Positions 49,504 to 58,643 of a DNA stretch of 64,000 nucleotides are shown one piece after another. A program made the position numbers and the translations under genes. The DNA lies in assembly GCA_031385045.1 (NCBI GenBank), contig JANNBC010000024.1:192001-256000 (forward strand). Reading direction: 5' to 3'. The DNA comes from a bacterium (GTDB lineage Bacteria > Bdellovibrionota_C > UBA2361 > CALJRW01). Numbering within the stretch: the first letter of the stretch is position 1; every line of letters starts with the position of its first letter. The notes beneath the pieces were generated by a model. The model made no database searches and was not told the DNA's origin. It was given only the letters and a program-made list of their open reading frames with translations.

Positions 49504-50802
49504 CTATTCCATTAGACCAATTCTAACCTTTTTTGTTTTAAGTTTTACATTATTTAACTGCTTAACTAGTTTACTTACCTTAGAAAGTGGCACAGCAACA
49601 TAGGCGCAGTCTTGCTTTAACTCAATAATTCCTAATTCTGATTCTGTTAAATTTCCTTGTTTAATAAACAAACCAACTATATCCCCTTTAGAAATCTTAT
49701 CTTTTCGCCCACCAGAAATATATAATGTCTGCCACTTACTTATTTCTGGCTTCTTAGAACTATTAAGCAAATGCATCTCAATATTAGGAAGATAGTTAGG
49801 TAAATTTTCCTGAGCATTTTTTAGAAGATAAGCAGTGCCATTACTATTCATTCTAGCAGTTCTACCATTACGATGAATAAATTCGGCTTCTTTCATTGGG
49901 AGTTGATAATGCACGATAAAATCTAACTCCGGAACATCGATTCCCCGAGCTGCTAAATCTGTCGCAATTAAAAATCGTTCAGTGCCATTACGAAATTTGA
50001 TTAGCGCACGCTCTCGATCTGATTGCTCTAATCCTCCAAAAAAACAAGTATGACTAATTTTATTAAGATTTAAATATTTACTAATGACTTCAATAGTGTC
50101 TTTAAAATTACAGAAAATAATTCCGCTCCCACTAACCTGCCCTAACAATTGCAAAAGTGTATCTAATTTATCAGGAGTAGAAGCAATAATCATTTTTAAT
50201 GTTAATTGCTCTGTTACTGTAGTTAAATAATTAATCTCCTTAGGTTGCTTTAATCCAACAAAACTTGGAACAACTACGGCTTTAGTTGCTGAAGTTAAAA
50301 TCTTTTTCTGAAGTAACCCTAATGAACGAGTAATTTCTTTCATCTCCTGTTCAAATCCAACCTCTAAAGACTTATCAAATTCATCTAAAACTAAGGTTTT
50401 TATATGATTGGTTATAAAAGTTTTCTTTCTAATATGGTCCGCGATCCTTCCCGGAGTCCCGATTAAAATTGCTGGAGGACTCTTTAGTTCTAGCTTATCT
50501 TTAGAACTAGATTTGCCACCATAAACAGCATTTACTTTATAACCACTCCCCAACCCTCGGGCTACTTGTTCAATCTGAATTGCTAATTCTCTAGAAGGCA
50601 CAAGGATCAACACCTGAACTTGCTCCAAGTTGGCATCGAGCTCAGAAATAACTGGCAAAAGAAAGGCCAAAGTCTTACCAGTACCTGTTGGAGATAAAAG
50701 AACAATTTCTGAATGTTTTAAAATTGCCTCAGAAGCCTCTAGCTGCATTGGGTTAAGTTTTTGAATGCTCAGTTTATTTAATATTGCTTGCTGATCTTTC
50801 AT
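49504..50802 (-). CDS. DEAD/DEAH-box RNA helicase with DbpA-type RNA-binding C-terminus
   Basis: SPTGTGKT, PSRELA, TPGR, DEFD, SAT, ARGID, HRNGRTAR, GGRKDKISKGDIVG. Confidence 0.93.
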   Translation of the reverse strand: MKDQQAILNKLSIQKLNPMQLEASEAILKHSEIVLLSPTGTGKTLAFLLPVISELDANLEQVQVLILVPSRELAIQIEQVARGLGSGYKVNAVYGGKSSSKDKLELKSPPAILIGTPGRIADHIRKKTFITNHIKTLVLDEFDKSLEVGFEQEMKEITRSLGLLQKKILTSATKAVVVPSFVGLKQPKEINYLTTVTEQLTLKMIIASTPDKLDTLLQLLGQVSGSGIIFCNFKDTIEVISKYLNLNKISHTCFFGGLEQSDRERALIKFRNGTERFLIATDLAARGIDVPELDFIVHYQLPMKEAEFIHRNGRTARMNSNGTAYLLKNAQENLPNYLPNIEMHLLNSSKKPEISKWQTLYISGGRKDKISKGDIVGLFIKQGNLTESELGIIELKQDCAYVAVPLSKVSKLVKQLNNVKLKTKKVRIGLME

Positions 50803-51240
50803 TAGAAGAAGCTTTAAAGTTTAAAATTAGTAACATTGGTGCAGACTAGGATTAGTTTAATAGCATGAGTAGCAAATTACGAGAAATGATTAAAAAATAA
50901 TAAATTTTGGCTTCTGATAAATTAGCCATACAAATAACAAAAGGTAATTTGGGGAAGGAAATAAGATTGAAAATTATGGTAAATTCAAATCTTAGATTTT
51001 GATACCAGAGTCAAGTGTTTACTTCCAAAGGGTAGAGCAAAATGCCTAGATTTTAACTTACTAGCATTTAGGATGCATGTGCGACGGGCAGTTATCTATA
51101 TTTGTTAAGGCTACTTCTCCTTAGTCTTGCTTCTAGCACTTAGCACCTCACATCTTGATCATCTAATAATTTTCGTTAATTCTTAATGTTGCTTAGTAAA
51201 TCTTAGTCCTACTAGGTGAGATTCATAAATGCTAACTTTA

Positions 51241-51741
51241 CTATTGGATTTTTAAACTATTATTTAAAGTGTTTACACCAGAAAGATCCTCTATTATATC
51301 GCTAATTAGTAATTTGATAGCATCATTTGCTACTTCGCCAAATAAATTAACATTACCATTTTCCACTTCAATAGATATATTTAAATCATCAAGCTGTGGA
51401 TTTTGATCTAAACTTTTTTGAATTAAAAGATATAAAATATCATCAGATTCAGCATTAAATTCATTCTGTAATTCATCTAGTGGAATTCTATTTTTCTGAC
51501 TCCACTCGGACTCCCCCAAAACTGGCGAAGAATAATCCTCCAATTCATTACTGACCATCTTTTGAGAATTAGGAGATTCAAGATCAACATCAATCCCATA
51601 CTCTTGCTTGCCAATTTCCCCACTAGCACTTCCGCTAGACTCCGGCTGATAGCTATACTCATCCTGAGGTGGATCAAACTCGAATCCAATTTTTTTTAAG
51701 GCATTAAATTCTTCAGCTTCAATTCCAATTTTCTTCGACAT
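51241..51741 (-). CDS. BON domain protein with acidic N-terminal region
   Basis: ISIEVENGNVNLFGEV...DLSGVNTLNNSLKI. Confidence 0.8.
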   Translation of the reverse strand: MSKKIGIEAEEFNALKKIGFEFDPPQDEYSYQPESSGSASGEIGKQEYGIDVDLESPNSQKMVSNELEDYSSPVLGESEWSQKNRIPLDELQNEFNAESDDILYLLIQKSLDQNPQLDDLNISIEVENGNVNLFGEVANDAIKLLISDIIEDLSGVNTLNNSLKIQ

Positions 51742-52001
51742 AATCAGGGTTCCTTTATTGTTTTAGACAAATATTTTCTTAAAATTTCCTGCCAAACAAA
51801 ATTACTTTCTATCATCACTCAACAAACATAATTCTAATTTGAGTATAATTTACCTAAGATTTCATGACTAAGAAAAATTATTTATATTTATAGATTAACT
51901 ATAAGACAGAATATATTAGTCTCCTATGACTAGGATCATATAAAAGCTTAACTTTAATTTTTTCTTTACCGCAGAGTTAAGTCCTTTTAAAAACAAGTAT
52001 A

Positions 52002-52073
52002 TATACTAAGCGTCATTGAAAATTACCAAAAATACAAAGGTGCTTAGTATACTAAACCCCACTGGGCTTTAGT
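52002..52073. repeat. TATACTA-ended inverted-repeat element plus adjoining hairpin
   Basis: tatactaagc 52002 / gcttagtata 52051, followed by tatactaaacccc...ggctttagt. Confidence 0.7.
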
Positions 52074-52237
52074 TTAAATGAGGATTAAATATCCAATAAA
52101 GCTTAACGAAGTCAGGAGTGGTACTAAGATTTTAATTTATTAAAATCAGTTATGAAATGTAACTTTAGTGGCTATCAGAATAAATAAAAAATTATCCAGC
52201 ACTGTCTTTATCATTTATTTTATGCTAATTAAGCCAC

Positions 52238-52843
52238 ATGCAAGAAGTTAAACGCAGAAGTAGTAGGCCACCAGAGTGTGGAGCATGTTATGCTCGTCTA
52301 TTTACCAGTAATCTCGATCAACAGTTTTTTATTGTCGCCAATTTTTCCCCTAACCTTAGAGAACATGCTAAGGGACTGATTATTGAGCAACAAAGGGTTG
52401 GCATTGATGGTAAGCCTTTTGGAATGTTCAAAATTAAAACAATGCGTGATAATGTGCCCGCTACAGAATTTGCAAATCGTGCTGATATCCTGACTAGCAA
52501 TCCCAGAATCACTAAAACCGGTAAATTCTTAAGAAAATTCTGGCTTGATGAATTACCTCAAGCTGTCAATTTTGCCAGAGGGCAATTAAAACTTATTGGA
52601 CCAAGAGCTTTACCACTTGCAACCTCGCATGTTCTGCCTAAAAGATTTGTTGACCGACGTTCAAAGATGAAACCTGGCTTAATAAGTATTTCCCATGCCG
52701 ATCCCCATAGTTCAATCGAAGAAATGATTAGCAAGGAAAGGATTTACTTATACCGACATGCCAGAGCACCTTTTAGAACAGATGCATTTTACTTATTAAA
52801 ATTTCTATATCAAGTTGCTGCCAAGGGAAAACGTGGTCAATAA
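52238..52843 (+). CDS. bacterial sugar (phosphoglycosyl) transferase catalytic domain
   Basis: RVG..GKPF..FKIKTM, PRIT..GKFLRK.WLDELPQ, LIGPRA, KPGL. Confidence 0.85.
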   Translation: MQEVKRRSSRPPECGACYARLFTSNLDQQFFIVANFSPNLREHAKGLIIEQQRVGIDGKPFGMFKIKTMRDNVPATEFANRADILTSNPRITKTGKFLRKFWLDELPQAVNFARGQLKLIGPRALPLATSHVLPKRFVDRRSKMKPGLISISHADPHSSIEEMISKERIYLYRHARAPFRTDAFYLLKFLYQVAAKGKRGQ

Positions 52844-52875
52844 AATATTAGTCGATTAATTACAAGCTGTATTAG

Positions 52876-53643
52876 TTAGAAACTAGAGTGGTCTTCAAAA
52901 CGACAATGGACTTTTATCTCAGGATTAATTTTAGCCATGACTTCTTGAAAGTGATGTAAACATTTTTTTTCTAGAGAGATCTCAAAGCGTTCTTTTGGAA
53001 TATAAATACACAAAACCTGTTCTTTTTTAAAGTAAGAAAAAGCACAAGATAGAATATTATAAGATTTAGTCTCGACACCACAAAAAATCCTCTCAGTCCA
53101 TAATGACTCCACTGCATAATTATGAGTAGAGCGATCACAATATCTAGATGCCACAACCCCCGTCTCCTCGGAACTGTAAAAGATTACCCTCATACGTTCA
53201 TTGAAATTTGCCAAATCAGGAATCCTAGCTAAAGGCAGGACCTCTGGAAAGGAGTTACCCGAAGAGAAACGATAAAATCTTAATGCTTGGTTTAATTGCT
53301 GTAAATTAGGACTAGAATTTTGGCTAATAACTGGAAACTTGGCTAAGCTCCGATGAAACCAAAGTGCCGTAGAGCAGGGCGAGCCGATTACTAATTCAGC
53401 TTTTACTTCTGGCTTTTCTTTAAGGAAAAGCTGAACAGCAAAAACAGGATCTTTCGCTTCTTGAATTAAAGCAATTAATTTACAACTATCTTCATCTGTC
53501 AGAAAAGGTACATTTCGAATATGGATAACATCTTTTTTCAGTTCTTCTCCGTAGCATAATTGTCCGTACTTTAGATGCAAATAATGCCCAGCAGCTAATT
53601 CTGCTTTTAGTTCAAATGATGGGACAGGAGAATAAGTTGGCAT
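52876..53643 (-). CDS. hypothetical protein
   Basis: 255-aa ORF; no recognised motif. Confidence 0.6.
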   Translation of the reverse strand: MPTYSPVPSFELKAELAAGHYLHLKYGQLCYGEELKKDVIHIRNVPFLTDEDSCKLIALIQEAKDPVFAVQLFLKEKPEVKAELVIGSPCSTALWFHRSLAKFPVISQNSSPNLQQLNQALRFYRFSSGNSFPEVLPLARIPDLANFNERMRVIFYSSEETGVVASRYCDRSTHNYAVESLWTERIFCGVETKSYNILSCAFSYFKKEQVLCIYIPKERFEISLEKKCLHHFQEVMAKINPEIKVHCRFEDHSSF

Positions 53644-53649
53644 ATTTCT

Positions 53650-54009
53650 TTAAGGATCTACTCGTCTGTGAGGGCTAGTTAAAAGTTTCTCTAAGTGAGG
53701 TAAATAACTTGATAATTGTTCAGCAGTATTTAAACTATCAAGAAATTGGCCATTAATTGTTAAAACATCGACTCTACTTAATCGTCCTTCCCGAAAATAA
53801 TAATTATTGATTCCTTCAACCCAACTCCCGGTCTGTTTTAAAGATAAAATAAGTTCTCGGTTAACTTCTGTAACTTGAAAACGAGTATTGTGATCTAAAT
53901 CATTCCTGTATTCACTAGGATCAGTAGCAAGTACTTTCAAGCAAGCAAGAGCTTGCTCCGAGATAACTGGATGCTGGCTTAGATCTTGGATACTAATAAT
54001 CAATAACAT
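53650..54009 (-). CDS. hypothetical protein
   Basis: 119-aa ORF, stop 6 nt before the next start on the same strand. Confidence 0.55.
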   Translation of the reverse strand: MLLIISIQDLSQHPVISEQALACLKVLATDPSEYRNDLDHNTRFQVTEVNRELILSLKQTGSWVEGINNYYFREGRLSRVDVLTINGQFLDSLNTAEQLSSYLPHLEKLLTSPHRRVDP

Positions 54010-54054
54010 AAAACTAGTTATGGTTAAAAATCAGGCAATGTGACTTTTTAGTGG

Positions 54055-55818
54055 CTAATCTTGAATAAAACCACTTACTTGTCGCTCCCAAATACGAGCA
54101 TAAAGCCCTTGTTTGGAAAGTAGTTCTTGATGAGTTCCTCATTCCATCAACTTACCTTGATCAATTACCACAATGCGATCCATCATCTGTAATGTCGATA
54201 AACGATGGGCAATGGCAATAACAGTCTTATCTCTCATTAAAGTCCTTAAAGCACGCTGAATTACAGCCTCACTTTCACTATCTAGGGCACTAGTTGCTTC
54301 ATCTAAAATCAAGATTGGAGCATTTTTTAGAAAAGCCCTGGCAATTGAAATCCTTTGACGTTGGCCTCCAGAAAGCTTTACCCCACGCTCACCAACATAG
54401 GTAAAATACTTCTCAGGATAAGCCTCGATAAACTCAGTAGCAAAAGCTTTTTCCGCAGCTAACCGCACATCGGCTTCAGTCGCTTGGAAAGTTCCATAGC
54501 GAATATTATCAAAAATTGTTCGATGAAATAATTCTGTATTCTGAGGTACGTAGGCAATATTAGCCCTTAAACTATCTAAGCCAACAGCCGAAATATCTTG
54601 TCCATCAATTAAAATACTACCTGACTGTAAATTATGTTGCCGAAGAAGCAAGCTAACCAAGGTTGACTTACCGGCACCGCTCAAGCCAACTAACCCCACC
54701 TTTTCTCCAGGCAAAACATGAATATTCAGGTGGTTAAAAACTTTATCTTGGTTATAGCCAAAAACTAAATCTTTAAATTCAATTTCACCCTTATTAACTA
54801 CAAGTGCTTGCCCAGTAGCAGAATCTAGAATCTCATAAGGAAGTAAGATATCATCTAAACCCTCTTCCATTTGCCCATAATTTTGAAGAGCCATTGTGAT
54901 TGCATTACCAAGAAAGAAAAGCCCTCGCTCCAATGAAACTGCAATTGCAATAATCATGACAATACTACCAATGCTAATTAATTTAGCTTCAAGTAAATAG
55001 ACAGATGCGCCAAGCATCAGTAACATAAAAATGGAAATTAAAATTGCATTAAAGACTAAAATCCACTCAGCCTGATACCAACTACGAAGATGACGCAACT
55101 GAGATATTCGCACATATCTTTGGATATATCTTTGCTCAAAAAGTACTCCGGGGGCATTTTGAACCGCAGCAATATTCCCCGTACTATCAATCATTTTTCC
55201 TTTTAACTTAGAACCGGCATTAGAATTTTGATAATAATATTTTTTTAATTTTATACCCCAAAAAATATTTAATCCGACAAATACTAACATCCAAGAACTG
55301 AGAATAATGCTTAAGAGATAATGAGTATGGTAAGTTAAATATAGATCAGCAAAGAGCCCAATAAATAGAGGTCCAAAATTCCAAAAAGAATCGCAGGCTA
55401 GCCCCTCAAAGCCATTGGCAACATTGGTGATCTTATTAGCGAGAGCGCCAGCAAAGCGATTATGAAAATAACTAACAGAATGTCGACTAATATAATTAAA
55501 AAGATTCTGATTAATATTAGCTTTGGTTTTTGTAATCCAACGCATCCCAGTAAAACCACTTAGTCGCCAAATGACGCTGTTTATTAGTTGAATGAAAGCA
55601 TACAGGACAGCTAGCTTCCAAAGAGCTGTAAATGGAATTTCTGATTTAGAGGCTGAGATTGCTGTGTTAGTAATCTCCTCTGTTAAATAAATTTTTAAGC
55701 GCCCAAAAGCAGTGGCGGAAATAACACAAAAAATGGAGATCAACATCCAGATCCTCACTGATTTTGTGGAAGCAAGCACAAACTGCCAGGGTGAATGTTT
55801 CTCTGATAGATAAGTCAT
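54055..55818 (-). CDS. ABC exporter (TMD+NBD) with in-frame TGA at 54141-54139
   Basis: GLSGAGKS, LSGGQRQR, LILDEATSALD, IAHRLST; the frame continues past TGA as GTHQELLSKQGLYARIWERQVSGFIQD-TAG. Confidence 0.88.
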
Positions 55819-55896
55819 TCTAAACTTATATCAAGCGAAATACACTTTGGCAAAATAAGAATCAATTTAGCTACTGATAGTTTCTAACTAATCAAG

Positions 55897-56736
55897 CTAA
55901 GATTTAATAATAGGATCGTTAATTTCAATTTGCATATCTGGCATTATTTCTTCTGGAAGAATAGTAAAAGTTCCCACTGTTTCAATCATTCCCTTTCTTA
56001 AGCTAACAGCTTTTACTTTTTTTCTGACACCAGATTGAGTCAGCGTTTTTTTTGCTTTACCCTGACCATATGTAATTTCAATTGGGCTGGAATAAATTCC
56101 AAGTTCTAACCACCGTGAATCATCAGTTGAAATAATATAGGCCTCCAGTAATGGATCTGATTCAAAATACTCAATCCTGTAAGGCAAATTAAAATTAATT
56201 TCTGGACAGGTAGCATCTAAACTAGAACTCACAACTAAATTTTGATAGCAACTAGATTGGAAGATTAAAAGATCTGCTACTGCTAGAGTTAAATCTTCTG
56301 GCTGGATATTCTTTAAATTGGCATTACTAAGTGTGTAGAGTGAGTTTGCTCCGATTGCGGCAACTTTAATAAATTTCTTTTTACCATTTACCTTAGTTCT
56401 TTTTTCTAGAACTTTTAATTCACTGCCATCTTTGGGATCAATAATTACTGCTCCTAGATAGTACACATTCTCAGCAAGCTCACTTAAACTAGCAAAATCA
56501 ATTTTATAGGTAGCACTGCTTAGATTAAAGACAGGGACAGTATTTTTTTTGAGATCGGACAATCGGGCGAGGTAACTCCCATCAGCTAGCTTCTCTAGCT
56601 TAAATTCTAATTGAATAACCCCTTTCTTAAATTTTCCAAATCCTTGAAAAACTCCTGGTATTCCAATTAATCCTAACGTAACAGTTAGTAAAATGACCGC
56701 AGCCAACTGGAGAGAAGCGTTTTTAGACATGTACAC
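55897..56736 (-). CDS. hypothetical protein with N-terminal signal or anchor
   Basis: Hydrophobic N-terminus; AAGGAG upstream; exact start uncertain. Confidence 0.65.
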   Translation of the reverse strand: MYMSKNASLQLAAVILLTVTLGLIGIPGVFQGFGKFKKGVIQLEFKLEKLADGSYLARLSDLKKNTVPVFNLSSATYKIDFASLSELAENVYYLGAVIIDPKDGSELKVLEKRTKVNGKKKFIKVAAIGANSLYTLSNANLKNIQPEDLTLAVADLLIFQSSCYQNLVVSSSLDATCPEINFNLPYRIEYFESDPLLEAYIISTDDSRWLELGIYSSPIEITYGQGKAKKTLTQSGVRKKVKAVSLRKGMIETVGTFTILPEEIMPDMQIEINDPIIKS

Positions 56737-56820
56737 GTATCAAAAACTCCTTAATTCTGCGAGAAATAGGAAGTACTGATTAAGATGCTTGCAAGCAAGA
56801 AATTGATTCGTGGGATTAAT

Positions 56821-57534
56821 TTAAGCTAGTAGCTTACCGGCTCCATAAGCGATTGCTTGCTCTACTCGTAGCATCCGAGCTCCAAAATTGATGGATAAAA
56901 ACCCACTTGTGAGCATTTGGTCTTCTTCCTCGGAGGTCCAACCTTTTTCAGGGCCAATTGCTAAAATTTTATAAGCACTTACATCCTGATAATTTGAATC
57001 AATACTATGTTTTGTTGTAGCTAAATACTTAGTCGCACTTAGATATTTAGAATTAGTTTTTAGATCTAAAAGAAATTCCGATAATTTTGTCACGATCCGA
57101 ATTATTGGAACAAGATAATCTCCGGACTGGGCCATTCCTAAGCTAATTTCATGTTGTAACTGCAAAGGTTCCCAAATCTTAGAACTTAAATAACTTTTTT
57201 CTGAATTTGCAGAAAGAATAAAAACTATTTCCGTGACGCCAAGACTTAAAGATAATTGAATAACTTTTTTAACTGTTTGAGGTCTGGATATTCCAACTAG
57301 TAAAGTAAGTGGATTTTTATTGATTATTAAATCATTTTTTTGATAAGACACTCTTACAAAATCTTTCTTGATCTCTTCAATCAAGGCCATTCCTTTGCTC
57401 TGATTAAACAAAATTGCCGAAATATTTAATCCTGGGATTAAGTCATGCTGCTTAATCAAATCACGCGCCGCTGCCCCTTGATAGACATAATCCTTGCCAA
57501 CTGCATTTTCAGAATTAAGTACTAAGTAATTCAT
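56821..57534 (-). CDS. rsmE: 16S rRNA m3U1498 methyltransferase family (SPOUT)
   Basis: RPQTVKKVIQ...LGV, AIGPEKGW, GARMLRVEQA. Confidence 0.85.
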   Translation of the reverse strand: MNYLVLNSENAVGKDYVYQGAAARDLIKQHDLIPGLNISAILFNQSKGMALIEEIKKDFVRVSYQKNDLIINKNPLTLLVGISRPQTVKKVIQLSLSLGVTEIVFILSANSEKSYLSSKIWEPLQLQHEISLGMAQSGDYLVPIIRIVTKLSEFLLDLKTNSKYLSATKYLATTKHSIDSNYQDVSAYKILAIGPEKGWTSEEEDQMLTSGFLSINFGARMLRVEQAIAYGAGKLLA

Positions 57535-58643
57535 CGCTTATTCTTTAAAACCTGTTTGATCACCTTGCGTCCAAGTCGACGATAGGTTGTGTATTTAGGA
57601 GTGTACACTTGGAAATAACCAGTATCGTGTAAAATTAAATCATAATTTAAAAAATCCGCGTCCCCATTAAATTCTTGCTTTGCTGGCAAGACACCTTGCT
57701 CCACACGAAGTAAGTCTTGGATATCAAAAGTAAATTCTGGACAAACCGCATTAAAGCTATTGATATCGGTAGAAATTAAAAGTGGAGAAATCTCGGTTTC
57801 TAATTTTGCCGTGAAGGTACCAAGCGCAATTTGATTATTCTCCCTAGGAACTACAAAGTATTGCCGTCCCTCAGTGCTGGCTACAGCGAAAGCGCTCTTT
57901 AAGCAGCGGCTATCCTTAAATATCAGATTATAGGTTCTTCCCCAAAAAATTTGATTATTAATATTATTAATATTTTGAGTTGTGATATTTTTACAACCAA
58001 AAGCGCTAGCATTTACTACCTGTTTCGCAATAAATTGCTCACCATTAGTAGCCGTCACTTGAAAGACATTTCCGATACGGACAACTTGTTGAATCTGGGT
58101 GGAAGTAAATACTTGAAGATTATCTGATATTTTTTCTATTTCCCTCTCCACTAATCCCCGCGGATTTAACATTTGGGCATCATGCCAAATAAGTGCCCCA
58201 TAGGCAAAACGTTTTTCAAAAAAAGGAAGAAAGACTTTAGCATAAACCTCTACCGCTACTTGAGGAGCGAGCAAGGGTGAGCCTAAAATCTTTTGTAAGC
58301 AAGCATAAATTATGGCACCAGCTTTTGCTGGGTACTTACTCTTTAAACCGGTTGGATTAAGTGGCATCAAACATCTAAGTGGTGTGATTAAATCTGGATA
58401 AGTCAAAAGTAATTCCTTTTGAGCTAGCAAGGAATTAATTGTTCGAACAAAATCTAATTTTTGAAGATAGCGAAAACCACCATGAATAATTCGTAAACTA
58501 TTGTTTGATGCTTCACTAGCTATCTGGGGATTTGCCTCTAAAAGCACAGTCTTTAATCCCTTTTGGTTTGCGGCTACTGCAATACCAACCCCGGTAATAC
58601 CGGCACCAATAATTGCTAAATCAAAGGTAGGCATTGTTTTCAT
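57531..58643 (-). CDS. FAD-dependent oxidoreductase, GlpD-like N-terminal region
   Basis: IIGAGITG, S.NSLRIIHGGFRYLQ, KYTTYR. Confidence 0.8.
   Translation of the reverse strand: MKTMPTFDLAIIGAGITGVGIAVAANQKGLKTVLLEANPQIASEASNNSLRIIHGGFRYLQKLDFVRTINSLLAQKELLLTYPDLITPLRCLMPLNPTGLKSKYPAKAGAIIYACLQKILGSPLLAPQVAVEVYAKVFLPFFEKRFAYGALIWHDAQMLNPRGLVEREIEKISDNLQVFTSTQIQQVVRIGNVFQVTATNGEQFIAKQVVNASAFGCKNITTQNINNINNQIFWGRTYNLIFKDSRCLKSAFAVASTEGRQYFVVPRENNQIALGTFTAKLETEISPLLISTDINSFNAVCPEFTFDIQDLLRVEQGVLPAKQEFNGDADFLNYDLILHDTGYFQVYTPKYTTYRRLGRKVIKQVLKNKR

Noticed and set aside
50803..51240. Possible riboswitch or sRNA in the long spacer upstream of the helicase
   Set aside because: No recognisable aptamer consensus or strong stem by eye; would need an Rfam scan
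54139..54141. Genome-wide TGA recoding (code 4/25) or selenocysteine
   Set aside because: TGA ends other genes at expected positions with start/stop overlaps; the site is not a catalytic Cys position and I see no convincing SECIS-like stem
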